DNA of 54,544 nucleotides, counting the filler, from Stramenopiles sp. TOSAG23-6 (taxonomy: Eukaryota), in the NCBI GenBank assembly GCA_900128565.1. It is 4 parts of 4 records of this genome, joined end to end, with 100 filler letters (N's around TTAATTAATTAA, not from the genome) between each part and the next. Parts side by side here need not be neighbours in the genome. Positions count along the whole stretch, not along the records: positions 27,445 to 40,991 come from LT636164.1; positions 41,092 to 54,544 come from LT636165.1; 2 more parts are not named here. The stretch is one strand, 5' to 3'. Under the pieces are notes generated by a model, which made no database searches, had not been told where the DNA came from, and was given only the letters and a program-made list of their open reading frames with translations. Below are positions 30,740 through 41,902 of the stretch, in pieces (within the stretch, counting starts at the first letter, position 1; every line of letters begins with the position of its first letter). Position numbers and translations under genes: made by a program.

Positions 30740-31087
30740 CTTAGCACTAGGATTCCCGATTTTCGGCACTGGTCCTGATACAACTGAACACTCGAGAATG
30801 ATGATGATTTGTCGGCCTTGCACTTCATTAATTAGATACTCTGGACACTGGATAATACAGCATTTTTGAATTTCGTTACTTTCTACCATAGGGTTCAACT
30901 TTGTCGTTACCATTGCCTGTTTGGCAACTTTACCATCTGAAATAACCAACCGATAACGCTTCGTTGATGCTGACTTTCCTGCCTTGATTTGTTTCACGGC
31001 AAGTACCTGTAACTTCGGATTAAAGGTCGTATTCTTGGGATCCGCGCACATCCTATCCAGAACACCTTCCTCTAATACATGACCCAT
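30740..31087 (-). CDS. RPA1: Replication protein A 70-kDa subunit, N-terminal OB domain only (truncated at the duplication junction)
   Basis: PKLQVLAVKQI...KRYRLVISDG...AMVTTKLNPMV...IIIILECSVV...KIGNP. Confidence 0.85.
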
Positions 31088-31364
31088 GTCTCAAAAGAAA
31101 AATGCGTCCACTTTCGTAAAATTGTGTGTCTTATACAAAAATTGCCCGTAGTCGGTTTGTATTCTCTCTCGATTCTTCGACCAACAAATGATTCGAGGAA
31201 TAATCGCGCACATCAAAAGAATTCTCAAATCTCAATTCTGACCGCGAAGTAACGTTACCGGGTACGCGTTCTGTTCAGTGCAATTTAGATTCAGATCAAA
31301 AAAGGCTTAGAGGCTCTACAGTAAAAGTTGTCTTTCATTGTGGTTATTGTGGTAACTAACCACA

Positions 31365-32950
31365 ATGTCATGTCATGGAAAGCGTAAATTAGATACTTCT
31401 GAGGTTGTTCAGTCTAAAAGACATACGTTAGATCATCATGTATTATGCTGTACTTGTGGAACAACGATCAGACCAAATCCTGCAACCATGTGTGTCCAGT
31501 GTCTTCGAAATGAGGTTGACATTACAGAGGGCATTCCGTCAGAAGTAGTCATCTTCTCCTGCCGTGGATGTGCTCGATATCTTGGTGGTATCTCATGGAA
31601 CGTAAGGTACGCCTTGTTGATGCTGCATTTATTTGGACAGAAGAGCACTCAAGGCGTATAAAAGTGAAAATTACTATACAAAAAGATGTCCACGGAGTTA
31701 TTCTCCAACAAATTCTTGTCGTGGAATTTGTCGTAAACAATCAATGTTGTGATGAATGTCAAAAATTGGCATGTAATCAAGCTTGGACGTCTTGTGTTCA
31801 AGTTCGACAAAAAAATGTGAAACATAAACGGACCATGTTATATCTCGAACAACTCATTCTGAAACACGGGGCTCATCGAAACGCAAGTGGTATTACAACT
31901 GTATCTGGAGCTGGTCTGAATTTTTTCTTTCGTGAACGCAGTGCTGCTCGTACTCTTGTAAATTTCTTAGGTCAAGTGGTCCCAATTGTCACAAAAAATT
32001 CACGGGAATTGATATCTACTGATGTAAAGTCAAATGTTGAAAAATATAAATTTACAACCATTGTCGAAATATCACCTATCTGTAAAGATGATATTATTTG
32101 TATGCCTGATGCAACAGCACGCAAAATGGGCAACATGAATAATCTTGCTATTTGTTATAGTGTTACTAATGTTATATCTGTTGTGTGTCCGATTACACTG
32201 AAGCGTGGTTTTATTGATAAAACGAAATATTGGAAAAATCCGTTCCGTTCAATGCTCACNCGTGAACGACTTTTCGAATTNACTATTCTTGATGTAAATC
32301 CTGTACGTGGNCCTGAAGGTGCCCAAGCACTGGAGAATTCACGGGGGAAATTTCAGCTTGCAGAAGTTGAATGTGCTCGAACGGTTGATCTTGGAAAAAA
32401 TGATTGTACATACCACATTCGAACTCACCTTGGATTTGTATTAAAACCTGGCGATACTGCCATGGGTTATCTCACTAAAGCAGCAGTTTATAATGATAGT
32501 GATGCTAAAGAAATTCTCGGTGAAACCACTTCAGGAAAGAAACGAAAGGTAGTAGATCTCCCTGATGTCATTCTGATCCGAAAATCATATCCTTTGTGGC
32601 GGAAAATGCAAAAAGATAAAGAACGAAGTTGGAAGTTGAAAATGTTGCCGATTGTACACGGCGTTGATCAAATGCACGAAGAAGATAGAGTAAAAGAAGA
32701 AGATTTAAGGAATTTCATGGATGATATTGAGGAGGATGAAGAATTTCGTTCAAAATTTAATTTATACAAAAATGAAAAATATACTGGAAACACAAATAAA
32801 GATAACATGGAAGATGTAGAAGAGGATAAGCCTGAAATAAATATTGATGAACTCCTTGATGATTTAAAATTAGATGATGCAACTGCAGAACCTGATGCAC
32901 ATGATAACATGGGAAATATTGATAGTGAATTTGATGATGATGATTTGTAA
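31365..32950 (+). CDS. NMD3: 60S export adaptor NMD3, with frameshift/deletion near 31600
   Basis: CCTCGTTIRPNPATMCVQCLRNEVDITEGIP; KVRLVDAAFIWTEEHSRRIKVK; HIRTHLGFVLKPGD; the two halves are in different frames. Confidence 0.9.
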
Positions 32951-33126
32951 ACACTCTAATTGTGATGATCATTTTATTAATAGTAATGAATAANCTAGTT
33001 TTGAAGTTCTAATTATGATGAGTAAAATATCAATATGACCAATGTTTTTGTACAATTTCTAAAACCTTATTACTGTATTGTATCATGATATAAAATGAAA
33101 CATTGATAAAATATGCTTTCTTTTTA

Positions 33127-34851
33127 TTATATTTTATCTAGTAATGATTCCATGTATGCTCTCTGCATTTTCTCACGTGCTTCATCTGAAGCTTTNACTG
33201 CATCAGAATTGTTACATAAACTCCACCACAACTCATAAACCATCCCAGATGCTTCAAGAGAATCGCATATTTCAGGACACCAACGACAACATGAAGACTC
33301 TGATGCACAACAATCTATATCATTGTAACTTGTAGGATCTTTATTCCAAGCCTTGTCTGCAGGATCTCCATGCTTTGGCTCGCCAAACTTATTTCGTATA
33401 AGAATACGTGCTTCTGCGCCCTGACATGGTTTACAACACGGAAGTGTGAAATCATCGTAACCACAATCAGCTTTCTTTTCTTTTTCCCAAACGAATTTCT
33501 CAATTTCTTTTTGGGAAGGCGGTCTCATACTAGAACCAATCACACCGTCACCACTGTCCCAGTATTCAATATATTCATCTGCTTTCCTTTTAGTCTCCTC
33601 GGTTGCTACAGATTCTACCACATCTTTCATACTAACATATCCTAATGTTGTTGCGATGCTCTGTCGAGTTGTATCGTTATCATTTAGAGCGTGTTCTCGG
33701 TTGTGTAAGAGTAATGCAACGTCATTTTTATCCCTTTTTACATCTAACGGCTTTAAATTGAAATCTAAACCTCCATTAGGATCTTTCTCTATATACTCCG
33801 ACCAGCCATATTTTGCATCAAATGGAAATGAATTAAATGCTCCATCACCGAAGCCCAAGGAATCTGGACAAATTCGACAACATTTCATCTCGTTTGCGGC
33901 AACCCTATATTTACATCCCTTAGAATGCATCATATCATCACACATTGTCACATCTGTTTCAGCATAATTTTTCAATATTGGACCATGAATTCCATTATTT
34001 TCTCTTGGGATAATTTGCCAATTTGTTCCATAATTTATTTCTATTGGCTTTTTCTCTGAAATTAATTCTAAATATGAAAAAGCTGAAGATGGCGATTTAT
34101 TCTGGTGTTTGTTAGAGTTTTTGTAAGAGTCTGCTAAAATTTCAATATTTGATCGTTTTTCGGGTGTTTTCTTCTCATTTTTATCATTTCTATTCAGATT
34201 ATTCTCATATGTATTATTCATCGTACGCCGAATATTTCTCAATGTATTTTGCCGTAGCTGCATCAATTCTTGTTGTTGCTGTAGTTGTAACTTTGATAAT
34301 AATGGATAATTTTCTAAACCAGTAAACATTGGAGTTGATTGTTGTTGTTGGGGTATATATTTTTCTAAACCACTTAAAATAGGAGTTGAGTATTGCTGTT
34401 GTGGCATATATTTTTCTAAACCACTTAATATATGACGTTGCCGTACATTTGATAAATTCATTCGCATCTTCTGTTTCTCAAAACTAAATTTATGTTTTTG
34501 AGCATTTTGATTCGGATCACTGGTCTGAAACCTTGTATCATTAATCCCGGAAATATTCCCTCTCTGTTTATTAAAATCTCCCAGTTTTGTTATTGTTTGG
34601 TCGGCCAATGATCCTACTCCAGGGCGGCCACTGTGGCCCCGTTGGATAGTTATTTCACCATTTATAATACCTTCATTAGATTTTTTAGAAGGATACCAAT
34701 TTGGAATTGAAACATGATCGTCTTTTATTCGTTTCCCTTCACACAGGTGCGGCTTACAAACCAACAACGCGACAAATATACTTTTGAACCAAACTGAGCA
34801 AAGTGTTTGATTTCTTTGTTTTGCACTATTTTCAAGGTAAATTAACTTCAT
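33127..34851 (-). CDS. Secreted Cys-rich hypothetical protein
   Basis: 574-aa ORF, hydrophobic N-terminal segment, CCRIC/CCKPC/CCRWC motifs, ILSGLEKY repeats. Confidence 0.7.
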   Translation of the reverse strand: MKLIYLENSAKQRNQTLCSVWFKSIFVALLVCKPHLCEGKRIKDDHVSIPNWYPSKKSNEGIINGEITIQRGHSGRPGVGSLADQTITKLGDFNKQRGNISGINDTRFQTSDPNQNAQKHKFSFEKQKMRMNLSNVRQRHILSGLEKYMPQQQYSTPILSGLEKYIPQQQQSTPMFTGLENYPLLSKLQLQQQQELMQLRQNTLRNIRRTMNNTYENNLNRNDKNEKKTPEKRSNIEILADSYKNSNKHQNKSPSSAFSYLELISEKKPIEINYGTNWQIIPRENNGIHGPILKNYAETDVTMCDDMMHSKGCKYRVAANEMKCCRICPDSLGFGDGAFNSFPFDAKYGWSEYIEKDPNGGLDFNLKPLDVKRDKNDVALLLHNREHALNDNDTTRQSIATTLGYVSMKDVVESVATEETKRKADEYIEYWDSGDGVIGSSMRPPSQKEIEKFVWEKEKKADCGYDDFTLPCCKPCQGAEARILIRNKFGEPKHGDPADKAWNKDPTSYNDIDCCASESSCCRWCPEICDSLEASGMVYELWWSLCNNSDAXKASDEAREKMQRAYMESLLDKI

Positions 34852-34992
34852 ACTCTGAATTGGTTTTATTGTTTCACTCTAAAATTTATATCAAATAATG
34901 TTATACAGTTCTGAATCCTTGGTCCAAGCGAATCTTAGTGGTGTGGATTAGATTAGTTGTAAAAAGAAGCAAGATCAGTGTGAGTGCTATTT

Positions 34993-35027
<35 letters not shown>

Positions 35028-35285
35028 TTTCTCCGTTGACAAACCTGCCTGCGCTGCGCGTACGAGTCGACGTACGTTAACTGACATTCCTACCTAAAGT
35101 AACGGATTAGATTGGATTCTAGCTAGAGATAATCTAATCTCGGAAATTAAATCCTTTATTGCTTCACTTAAATATTCACCGTCACCATAGTGCTGTGATT
35201 TCTTCTGAAACATCATTTTACCTACATATGATTCTCTTCTTTTTTGCCTAAGAAGCTTTGATTGAACACATACTATATCAGAAAA

Positions 35286-38200
35286 ATGGCTCAACCAACT
35301 CAGTTAAAAATGGTTGGTTCTCCAGCAGACAGTCGTTCGTCGCCGGCCAACTTTCAGGAACAGTTAACATGGATAACGGAAGCCAAGGCACGTTTTGAGA
35401 AGGAATTAAATTCTGCAAAAGAAAAATTCCATTCTGAATTAATTGCTGAAAAGCGAATAGAGTATGATCGGATTGAGTCAATTTTAAAGAGTATGAAAAT
35501 GACCGACAACTACCATGAAGCATACTACGAGCAAAAGCTAAAAAAATACCTTTCAACAACTGTAGCAGATGAAGTTTTGATATCCAGAAATGAGCGAGAT
35601 GCTGATATAAAGAAGCTATGCGTTCAACATAAATCTGCTCTTAAAAATCAGAATATAGAGCACTCTATTCAACTTGAGCATATTCAGCAACGCGAGGGTT
35701 TTGATGCAGCTATAAAAATAGAAGAGATGAAGTCCGAATATCTCACAGAAATGCAAAGACAAAGAAAATTTCATCAGACGCAGTTAGATTCTCAGTTAGA
35801 ACAGACTCAAAAGTATGAAAATAACATGAGAAATAGTTATTTGAGACAACAGAGAGAACAACGCTCAGCCTTTGACACACTTATTAAAGAACAACAATTA
35901 AATATGTTGCAGCATCGTCGGGAATTTATTGAAGGTGAAGCTGCTGTAGATTTCCAACATCAAAAAAAGATAAGAGATCTCAATCAAAAACATCAACTAG
36001 CATTTAGAAACTACGAAATGAAACAACAGAAACGCTTGTCGGAGCAAAAGAGAAAGGAAAGAGTTCAAATGAGGCAAAGTAGGAATCATTTTCGTGAAGT
36101 TGAGTTGCAGGCTTCAAAGCAAAACCAAGAAAAGTATAATACAACTATAAGTCTACTAAGAAATGAATTAATGATGGAACAACAGACGCTTCAATTACAA
36201 AATGAATCTGTATTGCGTTCTACTGAAGCCAGGTTTGCATCTTTTATTTCTAGAGAGAATATTACAGCTGATGATAACAAGGATTTTTATATACAAGAAA
36301 TAGCTGATTTAAAGCGAGATCATAACTTGCAAGCATCGTATACGAAAGAAGTGTTGGAAAGAGAAAATACAGCTTTGGCGAATGCACTTTCGCGTGTAAG
36401 TCAGTTGCAAACTGAACTTGTGGAAAATCAAAATATATTTGCGATAAGAACCGATCAATATGTTTGTGATAATGATAGGAGAATACAAGATTTGGAAAGT
36501 ACGCATAGGATTAATATGAGTGAGTTAGCTACGGAGAAAGATTTGTTATCAGATAGAATGAAAATACAATTTGAAGCTAAGATACAAAGTCATGAAAAAC
36601 GACAACAGTCTGAAATTGGCACTATAAAACAAAATGTATTAGATGAAATGGATGCATTTTGCCATTATGCGCAAGATGAAATTGATGCATCAGAGCGGGC
36701 ACATGATGAAACATCTGTTCTTGCGGAAGAAGAGATTTTGAGTCTAATCAATGAAAGAGATAATCTATATCAAAAGAAGAATATTCTAAAAAATACAATT
36801 TTTACGGATATAACTGTACAGGAGGCTCTTCGTGAAATTGAAAATCAAAAACTTAAGTATGATGAAGAATTTGTATCTATGCATGAGTTAAATGAGAAAA
36901 ATATTGACAAAATTACCGAAGCAACAGTGCATTTGGATAAAGCCAAAACATTTGAAGCAGCAGAAGAAGTAAAATTACAAATATCGCCAATAAAGAGCGT
37001 GAATTCGAAAGCAAGTGACCAAGAAAAGCAAATAGAACAAGATCAAAATAAGGAGAGGCATCTTCATCCCAATGAAAAATATTATACATTGGGAGAAGTA
37101 TTAAGTATGCAGAATGATTCAATTATGAGAGAATGTGAAGCAAATATGAATGCATTCAAAGATGAACTTGTTGAAAAAGCAAATAATGCTCGATTATCAT
37201 GGGAGAAAGAGTGCAAAGAAAAATTCGAGGAAAAGATCAATGAGGGTGAAAAATCCTGGAATAGAAAAAATAATCAGATAGTGAAANAATGCGAAGATAA
37301 TATTGCAGAGCTTCGTGATATAGGGACCACTGCCGAAAAATTATGGAATAATGAAAAGAATTTGTTAATTAAACAACATAAGGCAAATCTAAAGGCGTAC
37401 AAAGATGAGCTTAGAAAAAAAAACATAACGCGGAAGTCATTGGATAAAGAAAAGCAACTGTTTATGAATAAGTACAAAGCAGCGTTACACGAATTCAATG
37501 TAAATGATACTCGCCAAAAAGAGTATCAAGTCGAATTAAAACAAAGAGAAAATAGACTTCAACAAGCATGGGAAAATGAAAAAGCATTGATTCTTCAGAA
37601 TAATGAAATTAAAATGAATATTTTTGAAGAACAACAAGTTCAAATTCGAAATAATGATTTAGAAGCGTGGGAAACTGAGAAACATTTACTAGAACAACAA
37701 TTTGAAGGACGTCTTCATCAGAATACAGCTAACGCTGGAAATATTTTGGAAAACGAACAACAACAGATGAGAGATAAACATGAAGAAAAAGTAAAAGAGA
37801 TGCGAAAAAGTGAAATTCTTTTGAAAGAAGAAATATCCTCAATGAGAGTAACCCAGGAAAGCGTAAATAAAGAAGTTCGTCGATTAGGCAGGGCAACCGA
37901 AGCAGATAAAACTAGATATCGAAATGAAATACATCAAGTGAAAGAATCATTTTCAAACCAGGCAAAACAAAATGAATTTTCAACGCAGGCTATGATAAAA
38001 CAGATGGTTCAAGTAAACAAAAACGAGAGAAAGAAATATATTACACGCATTCGAGAATTGGAAGATTATGAAGCAAATCTTTTGCAGCAAAATGAACATG
38101 AAAATAGTCCAGAAAACGGGAAAATGCTTAAAGATGAATATTTGTCATTGTTAAAACTTCACAAAGAAAGCTCCAGAAACCACGAGGAACATGTGAAGTC

Positions 38201-39488
38201 CATGAAAACCACATATGAGGCAGAGCATCACAGCAATGAGGCATTATTGAAAACCACATATGAGGCAGAGCATCACAGCAATGAGGCATTATTGCATTCA
38301 CTAAAACAAGACAACAAATCGGAGAATGAACTCGTGAAAACATTACAGAAACATAATGAAGAGTATCAAGAACAAGCTATTCGATACAAACATGAAATAT
38401 TGTTGCAAGAAGTGTCGCTAAATGAAAGTCATATGAAAGAGATGACAAAACAGCGAAATTTATTCGAAGATGAGGTCAAAGTAGTAATGACACGAACTCT
38501 CGAGGATGAATTCGAAACATTTCGAAATCGGTGGTTAGCAAATGAAGAAGCTGTGTCACAGGAAAAAATGAACCACTTTTTGGAAAAACAGAAGGAACAT
38601 ATAGCAAATTATGAAGAGGACAAACAAGTTATGATCCAAACAGAACAAGACACAAAGGAAGAGTACCAGAATGAACTGATACTCCAAAAACAGCAAAGTG
38701 AAAAGGAGTTTGGTGTTTTGATACAACAGCATGAAGATAGTCTCCAAGCAGTTCGGAACATTACACAAAATGAATTCACAACAAAGCTTAAAGAAGAACA
38801 AGATGAGGCGCTTGTAGCAAAGAAATTGGCAAAATTAAACCATCAAAATATATTAGAAGAGCATCAGCAAGCAGCACAGGAAGCATTAGAAGATGAAATC
38901 GCAAGGAATGCACCAAACATGTGGGGAGACTCTGATATTGATAGCTCAGGAGGAGAAGAAGACATAAATACAGTTAAGAAACAACGCAACGTTCAGTTAC
39001 GTCTAGCCAATAACAATGTAGCAATGCTAAAGACTGCTTCAAAAGAATGTCGAGGTATGATAAAAGTTCTTCGATCTCACTTATCTACATTTAATGTTCC
39101 TGATTCGGATCAAGCTCATATTATTGAAGAAATCGAATCAATATACAATTTCTATGTACATAATTCNGGATTCTCTACAACTTCAAGTGAACCTGGTAGC
39201 CTTGTCCAGCAATTGGATAAGTATAGAGGAAGAGAAAAGGCACTCTTATCTACTCTTAAGCAGAAATATGGAGACTCTCCGATAGATAAGATAAAGAAGC
39301 TAAGAAATGAAGAACAGAAAATTATTTCTGACCTTCAGAAAGATTCAAATACAACGACCAGACGAAAAACTATACAGCCGCTTCTCCGTTCAACAAAGGC
39401 GAGAAAAGAATTTCTTGAACTATTCGCTGAGTACTCAGGACTTGTAAGTAGATTCCAAAGACTTACAGGCAATTTACAATTTAAATAA
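35286..39488 (+). CDS. Large coiled-coil protein
   Basis: ~1400-aa E/K/Q-rich intronless ORF; C-terminal FYxHN...KYRGRE..L...LKQKYG motif. Confidence 0.8.
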   Translation: MAQPTQLKMVGSPADSRSSPANFQEQLTWITEAKARFEKELNSAKEKFHSELIAEKRIEYDRIESILKSMKMTDNYHEAYYEQKLKKYLSTTVADEVLISRNERDADIKKLCVQHKSALKNQNIEHSIQLEHIQQREGFDAAIKIEEMKSEYLTEMQRQRKFHQTQLDSQLEQTQKYENNMRNSYLRQQREQRSAFDTLIKEQQLNMLQHRREFIEGEAAVDFQHQKKIRDLNQKHQLAFRNYEMKQQKRLSEQKRKERVQMRQSRNHFREVELQASKQNQEKYNTTISLLRNELMMEQQTLQLQNESVLRSTEARFASFISRENITADDNKDFYIQEIADLKRDHNLQASYTKEVLERENTALANALSRVSQLQTELVENQNIFAIRTDQYVCDNDRRIQDLESTHRINMSELATEKDLLSDRMKIQFEAKIQSHEKRQQSEIGTIKQNVLDEMDAFCHYAQDEIDASERAHDETSVLAEEEILSLINERDNLYQKKNILKNTIFTDITVQEALREIENQKLKYDEEFVSMHELNEKNIDKITEATVHLDKAKTFEAAEEVKLQISPIKSVNSKASDQEKQIEQDQNKERHLHPNEKYYTLGEVLSMQNDSIMRECEANMNAFKDELVEKANNARLSWEKECKEKFEEKINEGEKSWNRKNNQIVKXCEDNIAELRDIGTTAEKLWNNEKNLLIKQHKANLKAYKDELRKKNITRKSLDKEKQLFMNKYKAALHEFNVNDTRQKEYQVELKQRENRLQQAWENEKALILQNNEIKMNIFEEQQVQIRNNDLEAWETEKHLLEQQFEGRLHQNTANAGNILENEQQQMRDKHEEKVKEMRKSEILLKEEISSMRVTQESVNKEVRRLGRATEADKTRYRNEIHQVKESFSNQAKQNEFSTQAMIKQMVQVNKNERKKYITRIRELEDYEANLLQQNEHENSPENGKMLKDEYLSLLKLHKESSRNHEEHVKSMKTTYEAEHHSNEALLKTTYEAEHHSNEALLHSLKQDNKSENELVKTLQKHNEEYQEQAIRYKHEILLQEVSLNESHMKEMTKQRNLFEDEVKVVMTRTLEDEFETFRNRWLANEEAVSQEKMNHFLEKQKEHIANYEEDKQVMIQTEQDTKEEYQNELILQKQQSEKEFGVLIQQHEDSLQAVRNITQNEFTTKLKEEQDEALVAKKLAKLNHQNILEEHQQAAQEALEDEIARNAPNMWGDSDIDSSGGEEDINTVKKQRNVQLRLANNNVAMLKTASKECRGMIKVLRSHLSTFNVPDSDQAHIIEEIESIYNFYVHNXGFSTTSSEPGSLVQQLDKYRGREKALLSTLKQKYGDSPIDKIKKLRNEEQKIISDLQKDSNTTTRRKTIQPLLRSTKARKEFLELFAEYSGLVSRFQRLTGNLQFK

Positions 39489-40991
39489 ATAAAGTATGAA
39501 ATCTCAAATTTTGATCTAATTTGTATTTATTGTATATATGTACTGATAAGACGACCTAGAATCAAAAGTCCTGATAGAAAAAGTAAACAATTGATATGGT
39601 ATCTACTTAATGGAACTGGTAAATCAATCGTAAATACAGAAGTTTTTTCTTTCACATTATTTTCTTCTATGTCTTTTATTATTCCATTTTCTTTCACATT
39701 TTCAATGGCCCAATTTTCATCCACAAACATATTTGCCGGACAATGTTGTACATTTGTTATATTTTGTTGAAGTTGGTCAACTTTCAGATCCTTAAAAAGA
39801 TGTTTTTTTAAACTGCTCACAGACTTTAAACGACATATTGGATACAGTCCCGTAATTCGAGAAGCTGAAAATCGAATCCAATCAATTATTTCATCAACGT
39901 TAATTATCAAAGTGTCTGTTTGTGTTATTGTTTTGTAAATATTTCCAAACAAAAGTAAAAAGATATTTCTAAAGTATGTAATGACATTTATGTCATCTTC
40001 ATGGATTTCTGCATTTGGTGTGTTAGGATTAAGGTCATCCTGATTAAATGAAAAGTGTAAAGGCATATTTAGATTTCCGATAGAAATTTCACTATCATTA
40101 TCATCATTAACCAATAAAATTCCTTCCCGGTCGAAAGATCCAATTGTCCTTGCACTTTGAAAACCGCGTACTGAAGGCGGAGAATGTGAGAATAAGAGTA
40201 AAGCAGGCAAACCTTCCAGTTCTGTGTAGAAATATTAGAAAGTGACGACTAAAAGTGAATAAAAATAGGTAATTAAAAGAACTATAGCAAAATACAATAA
40301 TGATTACTTACGACACCCCACCGAAAATCGAGCCCGTCAAAAGAAGTAACGTAACTTTTCAAAATGTGCACTGGGCGCTGTGAATTAGAAAAGTCCTTTG
40401 AAGGAAAATACGAAGTTTCAAATGCAGCTGAGAGCAAGGGCAGTATTTTTTCAAGAGCCCGAGAAAATTCACATTTTTTACGGAGTAGAGCAACAACACT
40501 AAATGCTTGTACTTTCTTTGAAAAAATCCGATGAATTTTGGGCAAAATTTTTATTTTCTCTACTTTAGCATCAAAAATGTTTCTATCATTGAGACTTTCT
40601 TTTTGGCTGCTCTTGATATTAGAGCTCTCTTCTCCAATGTTAATTAATACGCGCAACTCATCGCCCGCTTTGTACCCATCAGGGACTAGCGCATAGTATA
40701 GATTTGAATTTACTCGAAATGGTACTCGATTTCCATCCGGGTGACTAGAGTGAACTTTAACTACAACAATCTTCTCTTTATCGTTTGTTTGCGTCGCAAC
40801 AGGTGTGCGAAAGAAATGTTTGAGCTCATTGTCGGAAAGAACTCTGACATCTTGTAGTTGTGGGAAACAACTTGCAGATACGGAATATTTGAATGTTGTT
40901 AAGATGCCAATAATTTGACAAACGAATCTTAATTTGAACTTCATTGATGCATTATAATTTCAAGGTACAATGTTCTATACTATTTTACATA
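37751..40991. repeat. Right arm of the inverted duplication (intact gene context)
   Basis: Reverse complement of 27445-30685. Confidence 0.95.
39527..40944 (-). CDS. Second copy of the thioredoxin-like membrane protein gene
   Basis: Identical translation to 27492-28909. Confidence 0.6.
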
Positions 40992-41091
40992 NNNNNNNNN
41001 NNNNNNNNNNNNNNNNNNNNNNNNNNNNNNNNNNNTTAATTAATTAANNNNNNNNNNNNNNNNNNNNNNNNNNNNNNNNNNNNNNNNNNNN
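40992..41091. other. Artificial contig linker
   Basis: 100-nt N run containing TTAATTAATTAA. Confidence 0.98.
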
Positions 41092-41180
41092 TTTTATTTT
41101 TTTTTCAATTTCGAATTTATTTTTCGTACGAAATTTTGTACCTAACGATATTTTTTTTGAAATAATTTTCCAAAATACAT
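41092..41180 (+). mobile_element. Introner-like intron, donor cut off by contig start, ends in AT
   Basis: ...ttcgtacgaaattttgtacctaacg...ccaaaatacat. Confidence 0.75.
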
Positions 41181-41846
41181 GATGCAGGCTTTCGGGCCTC
41201 GGTTTTCTTCCTGGGGCATTCAAGTGCAAAGAATGGAACTACTTGATATGCGACCAAAGAAGGGTCAAACTTTTGAAATGATGAAAAAACAGATGATTGC
41301 TGAACGTAATAGGCGTGCTGAATTTATTATTGCTGAAGGTAATAAAGCTGCCGTTCGTTTGCGATCAGAAGGCACGAAACGTGTCAAATTGAATTTGGGT
41401 TTGGCAGAACAGGAAAGTCTTCGAAAAAGATCTGAAGGAGAACGTGACTCTAAGATTGAAATCGCCCGTGCTGAAAGTCAATCATTAGATACAATAGCAC
41501 AAGCTATAACAGGTGGCAATTGTAGCCAAACAGACTATGTATGTTTTATTTTTTTTTCAAATTCGATTTTTTTTCGTACGAAAATTTGTACCTAACGATT
41601 TTTTTTCGTACGAAAATATTTTCCAAAATACATATGGTAGCACAGAGATATATAGATTTATTTAGGGACGTTTTGTCTCGTGTAAAAAGAAAAACTCTGT
41701 ACTTTCCGTATTTAGCAAGCGGCATATCTGGTCTTGTTGGACATCTTCCAAAAGTATTTGGTGCTGACGCTAAGCCAAAAACAATTCCAATTAAACGTAA
41801 AAAGGATGCGACTGGATCAAGTGGTGAATTTTCAGATTTAAGTTAG
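41181..41846 (+). CDS. SPFH/band-7 (stomatin/QmcA-like) protein, 3' part; exons 41181-41538, 41634-41846
   Basis: WGIQVQRMELLDMRP...MKKQMIAERNRRAEFIIAEG.K...SEG; YMVAQRY after splicing. Confidence 0.85.
41539..41633 (+). mobile_element. Introner-like intron GT...AT, 95 nt, AT direct repeat
   Basis: tat|gtatg...aatacat|atg gta gca cag. Confidence 0.85.
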
Positions 41847-41902
41847 CTATACAATGAAATCATTTGGTAATTCTGAATATAAATAAGAAACTTCAAACAA
41901 AT

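Noticed and set aside
28948-30828. 626-aa ORF as an independent gene
   Set aside because: Its N-terminus is an off-frame reading of RPA1 and the rest duplicates the coiled-coil gene.
34996-35026. Poly-T tract as a retroposon tail
   Set aside because: No element body or target-site duplication seen; a simple homopolymer in an intergenic region.
27445-40991. Polinton, virophage or linear plasmid with terminal inverted repeats
   Set aside because: The interior holds housekeeping genes (RPA1, NMD3); no polymerase, integrase or capsid; one arm is just the 3' end of a host gene.
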